This document shows, piece after piece, positions 25,803 through 36,810 of a stretch of 64,000 bases of DNA. This DNA is from Schmidtea nova (Eukaryota): positions 445,408,001 through 445,472,000 of the forward strand of contig CM097883.1 of assembly GCA_044892505.1 (NCBI GenBank), written 5' to 3'. Positions within the stretch are counted from its first letter, which is position 1. Each line of letters starts with the position of its first letter. A program made the translations under genes and the position numbers. The notes below the pieces were generated by a model. That model saw only the letters and a list, made by a program, of their open reading frames with translations, ran no database searches and was not told the origin of the DNA.

Positions 25803-25873
25803 ACGCATAATAAGAAAAAAAAACATTTTGTCATTCTCCGTTAACAAACTTAGCCAAGCGAAAGTTAAGTGTC

Positions 25874-26966
25874 TGTTGGGGATAGTATTAAAACCAAAAA
25901 AGTAAAATTAAAGCACAATAAAAATTATTGAAATAAAAAATATATCAAAATAATTTAAAGTACAAAAATTAACTGAAATTTATCAAAAATTTAAAGTTAA
26001 AGTTAATTGAGGGAAATTGGGTATGATTAAACGGCAAATTGTAAAACAAATTCAAATAAAGTAATAAAAACTTAATAAAAGGTTCCTAAAAAGTTACATT
26101 AAAAACATTTTACAAATTAATTAATTGCTCACTGGGAGTCCCGAGACAATGGGAAACCCTAGCGATAAGGAAAACCTGAAGAACAGAAAGACACAAGAGA
26201 TCAAAGGCGGATAAGTGTGCAAAACAATTAAAGATAAAACCCACCAGGGCGCAAGTGATTGATGTACAATTTAATTTTTTATTGTCCCAATCAGCCCAAA
26301 GATTTTCAGTAATGTTGACCCAGCCTTAGATAGTTATCTTTCCGATAATTGTATAAAAGGGAGACGAAAAAAGAGCCACAAGTTTGTCGAAAGTAAAAAT
26401 TTTAAAGATATAATAAAGCCAGTTGAATCAAATAGAATAAAATCAAAAAACAATATTAAATTGCGAAACTCTATGAGAGCCAAAAAAAGGATGTAAGAAG
26501 CGATTTTTATAAACCTTATTCATATAAATTGTATAAAAAGGGAGAGGAAAAAAGAGCCACAAGTTTGTCGAAAGTAAAAATTTTAAAGATATAATAAAGC
26601 CAGTTGAATCAAATAGAATAAAATCAAAAAACAATATTAAATTGCGAAACTCTATGAGAGCCAAAAAAAGGATGTAAGAAGCGATTTTTATAAACCTTAT
26701 TCATATAAAATGTATCAGAAAAGGTTATTACACCTTGGGTTATATGCCTTAACGTTGAACCAAATCAGATAATGAGAGAAACTGCAAATTATTGGAAAAT
26801 TGTAAATTGTATCAATTAAACAAGTTTGTATCAAAGACGAATTTTATTGTGTGGTGACTATCAAATAAAATATTCTGTGTTGGGTTTTATTTATTTTCGA
26901 TAAATAAAAGGGCACGAGGAGCTAGATATCTGAACCGATCTTAAAACAAATTACAACAAATCAACA
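25874..26966 (+). mobile_element. LTR-like repeat with internal 180-bp tandem duplication (related copy at ~58350-58920)
   Basis: TGTTG...CAACA ends; shares ACAATGGGAAACCC, GAGATCAAAG, GTATAAAAGG and TTCTGTGTTGGGTT blocks with 58350-58920; no TSD found. Confidence 0.55.
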
Positions 26967-27157
26967 ACTGGTATGACAAATATTTAAAACTTTTTTAATA
27001 ATACGAGCAATTGTCTGGTATATAAGAGTAGTAACAGTAGTAATATGAATAAATAACAATAATTTTGGAAATTGTCAATTCATTAAAATTAGGAAATATG
27101 CATACTACATGTATGCCAATCATTATGTACCACTGGCATAAATAATACACAATTGTA

Positions 27158-28453
27158 CACCAGGTTTCACTGGATATGGCGACCTATAATAATCAAATAG
27201 CTTATATTATAGAAAAATACACACCTACCTGTACCTAATTCATTGCTGTTTTACTGAAAATGGCGATTTATTATGTCGTAGACAAAGAGTAAGAAAAAAA
27301 AATAATTACACACAAACACAAAACATAGAAAAAAACAGATGGTAACTTTCATGGGTGTGTTTTGTTTTATTCAATATGGCTACCATATATAATTTTTATC
27401 AGCAGAAAAATTGAAAATAAATATGGAAAATAAAATTTCGATAATTGGATCTGATGAATCTACATTGAGTTTCCGCGAAAATGATAAAATATCATCGTAA
27501 GTGTTTTAATTTAAGTATTGAAAAATTTATATTTTCCCAGTTTTTCAGACAATTCACTGGAAACAATGGCATTTCTTGAAAAAGATGAAATATCATCGTA
27601 AGTAATGTAAATTAAGTCATAAAATTTTTAAACTTTCCCAGAATTTCAGAAAATTCACTGAAAACAATGGCATTTCGTGAAGATGAATTAGGAAAATGGT
27701 ATCACCTTTTTATTTATTAAAATATTTATTATGGGCTTAGCCTTTCAGATATTCCAGGTACATCGTACAACTGCATTTCATTCGATATCCGAAAAAATGT
27801 TCGCAAATCGTAAGATGAAATAATAAATATTTAAAAAGTTATTTGATTTTTATAGGATTTCAGATATCGACAAAGCCAGAATCATAAACGCAAAGGAAAA
27901 TAAACAAGATTACTTCCATTTGGGAAGCTTACTTGGCCTATCAAAAAATTCTATAAATATGAAAAATATGGCAACCTAGCAAAATCAAATGCAGTTTAAG
28001 GAAGACAATATCGAGATCAAATGGCTTCTCCACAATGTCTTTCCAAGACAGATTTTGTTTGGTGAAAACAGCTCTTGAAGACGAATTAAATAAAGATGAA
28101 TATAAAGATTTGGAGATTAATGTGTTTATCAAATAAATATTAGTTAGAATTGAATTTTTACTTACCTTTAATGTTAATAATTCCATAATATCATAAACAT
28201 TTTCTACTAATTATTTAAAAATTAAATAAAAATAAAATTGATGAATAAAGATAACCTTTTAAAGCTTTTATAGTGATCTCATATCATTATGAGATCAAAA
28301 TAAAACACTTAAAAGTTATCCTAAATACAAAAATTACCTGAAAGCCATTTTAAAATGGCTAATTCCAACAAGTTTTAAAAAATGAGTAATAATAACTCGT
28401 GATTTATATCACTCACCTGTATTATAGGTCGCCATATCCAGTGAAACACGGTG
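27158..28453 (+). mobile_element. Tc1/mariner-superfamily element (1296 bp), internally deleted, with intron-containing 5' coding region
   Basis: 34-bp TIRs CACC(AG/GT)GTTTCACTGGATATGGCGACCTATAATA flanked by TA. Internal GT-AG units and an HTH-like segment ISDIDKARIINAKENKQDYFHLGSLLGLSKNSI; no DDE domain seen. Confidence 0.85.
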
Positions 28454-29323
28454 TATAATCTGAGCACCCAGACATTCAAGATTAATCAACATACAAGCAA
28501 GCATTCAAGGGCAGTCAAATATCCCATAGCAATAACATCACAATAACGACTCGCTCTAAGCGGTAAATTTTCTCAAATATGATATAGAATAAAATGCTTT
28601 TCAGCATAAACTGTTTTAAATATTCGTTCTGCTTTTGCTGTTCTCTAATATCATCCATTTCTTTATAGGCGTGCTCCAATTTATGTCATATGGGGCATAC
28701 CAAGGGTAAATATTAATTTTGATGAAATTAAATAATAAAAAGATTTTCCGATCCTAGAAAAATTTATGCCAAACTCTCAATTTTCAAGGAATAACTAAAA
28801 AATCAATGAAAAAAACTTTTTCTAATGTACTCGATGGAAATCCAGCAGCAAGGAAAAGCATTCCAAATAAATCAATCAGATCCTTAATGTTCATTAATAA
28901 TAACGACATAATTGTGCAAATAAATTTATTGTAAAGAGCACATTAGGCCTCCACTGGCAGACATATAAATTTATAACTATTTGTTTCCAAATTATATAGA
29001 AATTCATCAAAATTCATCAATAATAATGCGGGAATCCCTACAATGATAATTTATGTTCCTTGGCCATCAAGAGGAATCCAGTTTGATGCGGATGCCCTCA
29101 TTGAACCCGTTCATAATGTGCCGAGGGCAACACAAATATCTTTTGCATTGCAGTATCTGATAGCAGCACATCAAACGGGGGAATAATTCAAATAATTCAC
29201 AAGTTCTGTCCAGCTGGCACAATTTTCACTGCTTTCACATTTTCATAAACTTTATGAATATTTATGAATTCAAAATTGCAAGAGATGAACAAACTAATTG
29301 ATAATGATAACAATTGCATGCAA

Positions 29324-31060
29324 TCACAATTGAATATCAACGGCACATTTGATAAATATCTCATTGTCACGCATCAGATCTGGATTGCTGCATAATTCTG
29401 TCAGGCTTAAAAATTGGGCATAGCCAAATCCATCACTTCTATCTGTTGGTTGAATAAGATTTTTAGATTCTGGATAATCTGCACATTTCACAGTATAACT
29501 GACATGCGCCAGTCTAGTGCGCTGATTGATCAATGCAATTGTGACGGAATGCCTGAATGGCCATTCCAATATTCCATCAAACGGGCCCTTCATCAAACAG
29601 AAGAACACAGTCAAATGCGTGCCCTTGCCAATGCTATTGCCATCAGGATCCACACGTAAACACATTATATAACCATTTCTATGCGTGTAAAATGGTTTGC
29701 TATAAATGTCAATGTTGATTCCATTTCTTGCATCTGCCATTTTATCACTGAATTTGTCGAGCTTCCACACAAATTCTCCATAATTCAGTTGATTTTGATT
29801 GGCTGCCATTTCCATCAATTTGGTTTCCATTTGATTGATTTGTTCAATTAATTCTTTCTGGAATTTTTATTTTATTGATTTATTTATCATAAATTTACTT
29901 CATAAATTTACTTCAACATTTTTTCTCAGCTGATTCGCATTGTCAAATTTGTTTTCTGCTTGCTGGCATTTGGTGGCGCATTGGGCAATTTGTTGCTGGA
30001 AATTGTTCTCACATACTTGAATGACCCGCTGAAATATTGCCGTATCAATTAATAAATTATTTCATCAATATTTCACCTGATTGCCCTCGACATCCAATTT
30101 CAATTTATCCAACCCATCGCTCATATTCCTATCCACATTCCTCAATGCCGGCATGTCCTCGTTCAATAATGCGATTTCTAGATCTTGATTGTCACATTTC
30201 CTCTGCAAATCTCCAATTTCAATCTTGATAATAATCACAATTGATCAATAAATATCAATAGTGCAATTTATTGACAAACTCGATTCCTTTGCCCATCTGA
30301 AATCAATTTATCCATATTTTTTCTTATCGCAACATTTTCAGCATGCAAACAAATTATATCCGCATTCAATTGGTCAATTTTTACTGTTTTCTCATCAGAT
30401 TGGCACTGCAATTCAGCAATTTCATCCTGAATTCTCATCATTTATCCACATCAAATCAAATATTGTATTTACTCGTCTTCTCTCGCCATCCAATTTCAAT
30501 TCATTGATCTCAGTTTGCAATAAATTATTATTGGCTTTCATTATGTCCATCTCATTATCGAAATTGCCAATGAAGTCCATCAATAGTTTTGTGTGCGTCA
30601 ATATTTCAGATTGCAAATGATGCGCAACTTTATCCTGAGATATATTGCATGCGTCACATCCGATATTCGTATATGGACATGCAACTGATCGGTATTTGCA
30701 CATCCGTGAATGATCTTCTATTTTTCTGATTTCATCAACAAACTCACAAGACATTTCTGAGCATTTCACTTTCATTTTTGATAGTTTGATATTCATTGGG
30801 TGATCAATAAAAACATTATCATCCAAATTGAGAATTTCCAATTTACATTCCTCTGTGTTACCTGGACAAATTTTATTCTCGCCATCTAGAAAGCCTGAAA
30901 TACAATTGAAACAAAACCTGCAACCGCAAGGGGCAAAGGAAGCGTTGATCAATAATTTTTTGCACAGCAAGCATAACATGTCGTTCTCAATTTTTGTTAC
31001 AATTTCATAATTATTATATGTCATTAACTGCCATACATATTTTAATTTCGAACCAGCCAT
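29324..31060 (-). pseudogene. TRAF-family protein (RING, TRAF zinc fingers, coiled coil, MATH), intronless and disrupted
   Basis: RING CLLC...CGCRFCFNC...CPG; MATH domain FVWKLDKF...YSKPFYTHRNGYIMCLRV.PDG...GKGTHLTVFFCLMKGPFDGILEWPF; several stops and frameshifts in 29830-30430. Confidence 0.85.
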
Positions 31061-32041
31061 TTATCATATGAATTATAAGTTTAGAAAATTTGAAAAAAAA
31101 TTAATAAAACTTAAAATCCATATTTATTTAACAAAATATCAATTTTAATCAAACTATATTATTAAGGTCAAATTTTATTAAATTATATTATTAAAACGAA
31201 GACAATATACATTAAAATGATATTATTACTTTCATAAATATGAATAAACTAAAAAATCACTAATTGAAAAGAAGTTTTATTTTGAATGCTTATACAAATT
31301 AAAATTTTTGTGTTGAAAGGTTTGTATTTTTGTAACATTTTTGTTGAAAATTGAGAGTTAAAATTCACAGTCTATGTTGGTGCACTACAGGAATTCATCT
31401 TCATAGTAGTCCTATAACTATAGTATAACCAATAACAATAGTATAACCAATATAGTAATCAATAACAAGAAAATGTTGGGCTGGCGGAATCAAAAATAAA
31501 TTTTGTTTAAATTCAAAAATCAAATATGTACAAAAGAAAGGAATTCAAAGTGCACGATAGAAAGTAGTAAAATAACACAAACGATTATGAAATACTAAAG
31601 TACAAATAGTAGTCATACGAACCGCATTCCATAAGTCCGTCGAGATAGGGTTGAAATAGGCGTCAGTAGATTTAGTATAAATAGACGCTGAAAAATCATA
31701 ATCTAAACTTACTAGGCATTAATTTACTGAAAGTAAAATTTTGGATTTTATATGCTAGTCAAGTGGATCTAACTCGTAAAATATCACTATTTTGAGTTTC
31801 GCAATCATGAATAATTTGTTATTAATATTAATTATTTTATTCAATGCAATTTAATAACTCTAGACATTAAAAAAACGCTCCTTACTAATATAATCCGAAC
31901 AAGCATTAAACTGAAAGCTGTCAAAAATAAATTTAAAAGATTTCTTATAAAAACTATTGATTAAATTCAAATAATTGCTAAGCATTTAAAACAGTAATTA
32001 GATCAATCAGAAAATATTTCCAAGTTGACACCTGAGAGGAA

Positions 32042-32368
32042 ATGTACGGAAACATAAAACCGAAAGCTCCATTGGATTACTGCTATCCTCACATCAACTA
32101 TTCCTGCACATATTCACCATACAAGACAACGATCTGTCCGGTTTATAAAGCGTTCGACGTCAAAGAAGACCTCAGCAGTTGCCCAGCACAAATTGGTGCC
32201 TACCTACCAGCTGTCAACAACAACCCGAAAACAATCATGTGCGACATCGAATCAAAAAATAATTATGATGAATACGTGGACGCTATCACGAACAATAAAT
32301 GCACAAATTGCCAAGGCCCATTAGAAACGTCGACATGCTTGAAACGACTCTGCTACATTCAACGCTGA
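32042..32368 (+). CDS. Cysteine-rich orphan ORF (108 aa, 9 Cys)
   Basis: Open frame with higher GC than its flanks; no family recognised; 5' end uncertain. Confidence 0.4.
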   Translation: MYGNIKPKAPLDYCYPHINYSCTYSPYKTTICPVYKAFDVKEDLSSCPAQIGAYLPAVNNNPKTIMCDIESKNNYDEYVDAITNNKCTNCQGPLETSTCLKRLCYIQR

Positions 32369-32541
32369 ACGAGTATTGAGTGATCAATGTAAACATTTAC
32401 AAATATATGATAGATTCATTATTATTCCCCCGTCACAATATTCGTTAAAATATATTTATAGATATTTATAAAACTATTAGCTTATTTTAAGCTTTACAAG
32501 TGAGATAAACATGCGTCGAGAAAACACGTATTAAATCGCAA

Positions 32542-35500
32542 TTAATTTGCTGGATCGGGATTAACTAAAATTCTTTTGTCATCTTCGGTAATGCCACCTT
32601 CAGTGGGCAGCATTTGCTTTGCTGCATCGGGACTTTTTTCTATTGAATCAGATTTTTTGCATTCTTCCAGGGATTTCTGCAGACTTCCTCGCTCAGTTTG
32701 CAATGCCCTGCAAAGGCTTTCGAGTTTGTCAATTTTCGCTTTCATGCGGCCGATTTGCTCATCGGATTTTGTTTTCTAAATGGAATAGATTTTATTTTTG
32801 ATGACAGTTTCTATTAATAGACAAACATACTTCAGATGCCAATGTCAGCGCCGAGCAGTTGCTGTTTTCCCATTTTTGCCTAAGCTGGACATTTTCTTTT
32901 TCCAATTTTTTAACGTTATTTGTCATCTAAAATTCAAATTTATTCATTTATAGATATGTGAAACCAAATGTAATGGAATCGTCAACGCCACCTGGGGAAT
33001 ATTCGAATTGAATAAGCAAGAGCCGAAATAAACTAACGTGAAAGATTATTCAGAATAATAACTGAAGCAAAATACTGTTTGCAACAAAAAAGCGCATATA
33101 GACAGAAAGTTATTAGGTAATAGTCATGCAGTACCAGCAAGAGTCACGGACAGCAGCCCGTGGACGAAAGGTGCCTTACCAGACACGGAAAGCTTTGCGA
33201 TTTGAGTTGTCAATTACTTTCATTATAGCAAGCGGAGAAAGAAGTTTTAGCAAACTAAAGTTAATTAAAGCCTACTTGTCACTGTTTGTCACAAACAAGG
33301 CCGAATTCATTGGCGCCTTTATCGGTGTAAAATGGTACAATTGCTAAACTGGATCACAATTTTGGTGTAATGTTTGGGCTATTAGCGAGAATTAGCAATA
33401 ATGCGATAAAAATCAATGCAATCGCATCGAAACTTTCCCCACATGTCATGAGAGCAAACAGGAAAAAAAGTACAAATGTCAAAATAAATTACCTTTTCCA
33501 TTTCCTTTTTGTATGTAATGAAGATCTGATTGCTGTCAGTTAGCGTTTTTTGGAAATCCTCATATTTGGATCGGTAGAACTCGATCTAAATTGACAAGGG
33601 TTACAAACGGGATAAACTAAGGATAAATAAATGATAACTGATGAGGAGGGGTTCGCAAGTCGACGCGGTTCCCACAAAATTGGGCACATCTCGGTGCGTC
33701 CTAATTATTATGCAGGACGTAAACGGGGTGCTTAATGAATGGTTTATTGATTTAGCCAGTGCAAATATTTATTATTTTATCAAGTGCTGATTAGCGTTAC
33801 TCAGGGAAGGGAGGGACGCGCAGGATGTGTACTATCAAAGATTAAATGCTGATTATTGGAACTGTAACACCTCCGAAGGTTCGTAAAAATGCTTTTATAA
33901 ATCGCGAAATTGTCATTGCGTTTACACAACCCCCGTGCTGCTTTTATTGTTGTTCTTAGACCTCGCTGGGTTTCACTGCCATTTATATATTACAGCGTAG
34001 AGCAGTGGTGCTCAACCCTTTATCAGCACGCGCACCCCCAAATCACTAACCCAGACAACATTGTGCCGTTTCCGGAAATAAGTTCTACACTGCCTATTGC
34101 AAAAATAAAGATATTCGTAACAAGGAAAAAGCTCGAAATATACATTACAAAAAATAACCAGTAAAAACCAATAACAGAAGCTTTTTAATGAGATAATTGG
34201 GCTTGCTTTGATGTATTGCTGACAAATGTAATGCTTGGGTCGCAAGGACACAAAATTTCTTGCAGTGCGTAGGATTTATCCGCATCTCGCATCTAAAGGG
34301 CTAATAAGTAATCCCGCGTTCCCCTGGATGAGAACCCTGGCTCATCAGGTCTTGCGCCTGATGTCTGCTGCTGCATGAGATTATATAGGTGTGTGACAGC
34401 CCATTTACCCGGGACATGAAGGGTTGCCCTAGGTGCACCGCCGGCCCCCGGGAGCTGCACCAGTCGTAACTGCTGATCCCGTTACGAGGGCGTTGCCGGA
34501 CTATTGCGGGCGGTCATCCGCCGGATGCGCCAGGCCCCAGAAGCGCATGACAGGCAGACAGACAGAGCGCATCAAGTATTACCCCGCCCGGTTCTCCTTA
34601 CACAGCAAATATTACCTGTTCTTTCATTTTATCTTCGATCTGCTCGTGCATTTTAATCCTGGTCTTCTGATCCTCGAGCTGTTTGTCGGAGTTTTCCTTT
34701 TCCTGCTTGAATTTCGCACTGAACTCTTCAAGTATGCACTGAGACTGTTTGAGTTTAGCTTCGGCCAGCTGGAATTCCAATTGTTTCGTTTGTAGGAGTT
34801 TCGTGTTGTGTTGTTCCTTTATTTCATATTGTTCGAGGAATTTGGACAGTTTGGTCGCCAAATCCTGATTCTCAGCCCGCAATTTCTCGTTGTTATCTTG
34901 ATATGTTATCATTTGGGTTTCGATTTCCGATATTTTAGTTTTGAACAGGGTCGAAATCTCCTTTCGCTTTTCCTCCTCCATCCGGTTGCGGATGTTGCTC
35001 TCTTCCTGTGAATTGGAATGGAAGTTAACATGGTCATGAGAATCAATGGAATCACAGTGGCAATAAATCAATCAAGCGTTAACCATAACAATTCAACCAA
35101 AAACCGACTGATAAATCAATAAATTTTATGAGTCATCGCAAATATTTGATTTTAATCTTTGTAAAATTCATTCATAGCAACCTGTGGTGATATTGAGATG
35201 GAAATCAATTATTTACCAATGACAGTTGTGTATAATGATAATGGGGAAGGGGGAGGAGATAATAATTGATTTTTACCTAAAGATTCTATATAAATTTCAT
35301 CCATGAAAAGAAATTATCGATTTTTAAATAATTAATCTTTTTTAGATAAGAATATTAATTTAATAACATAATGATTTATTAGCATCATTTATCTAAATAT
35401 AATTCATTTATAATGAAATGTCAAAATATAATTCGTTGGTTAATAGCTGAATTAGTAAATTATTTAACAATTAGATAAATGGGTATATATTCGAATAAAA

Positions 35501-36234
35501 TTCCACCGAGATCATGAAATATCAAAACGTATCAGTCGTCTTTAATTCACTGAACTAAATGTTTCTGATTTTAATACAATACGATATAATAACGGTGATA
35601 CAATTATTTTTATTCCCCTCCTTTCATTTGTCTGCTTCGGGCCAAATGATTTATAAATTAATTATTTTTAACAACAAAAAAGGAAATTCTTTTATATTAA
35701 TTTAAATAGATTTTTTACATATAAACAAAATGAACTTATACTGATATGTATTACATAATGCATGCAACGTAGTGGTTAACAAAAATCAAATCAACCTGAA
35801 TTTTTTGTTTCTGTTTGTGAAGTTCTCGTGAAAGATTTTCCAAATTTCCTTTTTGTAATAAAGTTTTGTTGTATTCTTTCGTTAAATGATCTTTTTCTTT
35901 CTGTATCTGAATTAATTATTTGTAAATTATTTTTCATTTCTATTTCAAAAATTTGTATAATTATTTATTATTACATTTGTTAGTTGTTTTTCTGAATTTT
36001 GATTAATCGACAAACTTTTCTTATAATCCTGATAGAGTTCTGAATATTTCTGACATACGTAATCTATTTTCTCCTCAGATGTACTCATTTCATTCATAGT
36101 ACGTTTGAGAAGATCTGTAAAAACAATTAAATATTAATGAAAATAAAATTTGATAAACCAATTGTTTTATCATTTTTCTTCTTTTTTATTTCATGAATTT
36201 CAATTTTTGCGTTATTTTCTCCTTGGTTTTCCAT
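32542..36234 (-). CDS. TXLN: Taxilin family protein, 7 exons (36234-36159, 36114-35975, 35906-35796, 35005-34616, 33585-33493, 32926-32831, 32775-32542), ~379 aa
   Basis: All GT-AG junctions keep frame. Motifs LENLSRELHK, ENQDLATKLSKFLEQYEIKEQH, YRSKYEDFQKTLTDSNQIFITYKKEMEK, KKLEKEN..RQKWENSN and KIDKLESLCRALQTER match the taxilin family. Confidence 0.9.
33200..33330 (+). mobile_element. hAT dimerisation-domain fragment in a taxilin intron
   Basis: IIASGERSFSKLKLIKAYL motif. Confidence 0.65.
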
Positions 36235-36810
36235 TGAAATTATTTGCGATTATATTTGAAGATAGTTTTGAAATTTTTGCTTAAAATACTTTTGAATATT
36301 TTAATTCAATGCATTAAGTAAAACAATCTTAATAACTCAGTTTGAAAATGTTACAAATTGAAAAAAATACATTTGAAGTCCTAAATTTTCGTCACCTTCA
36401 ATATTTTTTTTGATTTCAAATATTTTATTTCTAATGAAAATATATGAAATTGAAAGTCGATTTTCAAATTTTTATGTTATACAATAATTTATATTGGAAG
36501 AATTTTCATCTAAACAATTTTTTCAATTAGAGCTATTTTATAAAAAAAATATTTTTTATTTATCATTTTTATTTTTAGTCACATTAGATCTGTTCTTTTC
36601 AATTTCAGATATTTTCACTTTTTATGATAATTAATCAAAATTTGTTTTTAATAAAATTTTGATCTATTGTAAAAAAAATATTTTATATTTTCTTATTAAA
36701 ATTTCTAAATTTTAAGAAAATATTTCCTATTCAATTTTTTAACAATTTGATATTAAAAAATTCTTGTTTAAATAAATAATTTAGTTTAATTTATTATTTA
36801 AATTGTATAA
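36235..36810. promoter_or_regulatory. Putative bidirectional promoter between taxilin and TPR
   Basis: 576 bp separate two divergent start codons; position only, no motif proven. Confidence 0.5.

Noticed and set aside
26967-26980. TGGTATGAC after the LTR-like repeat as a Met PBS
   Set aside because: Only ~6 nt match the canonical TGGTATCAGAG and no gag follows.
29830-30430. Stop-codon reassignment or a 23-nt micro-intron to rescue the TRAF ORF
   Set aside because: Taxilin and TPR translate cleanly with the standard code; the candidate GT-AG micro-intron leads to a stop; frameshifts are also needed.
34340-34365. CUGAUGA on the minus strand as a hammerhead core; SRP helix-6-like hairpin nearby
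   Set aside because: No GAAA after stem II, and no SRP helix 8 or Alu domain; kept only as an unassigned structured region.
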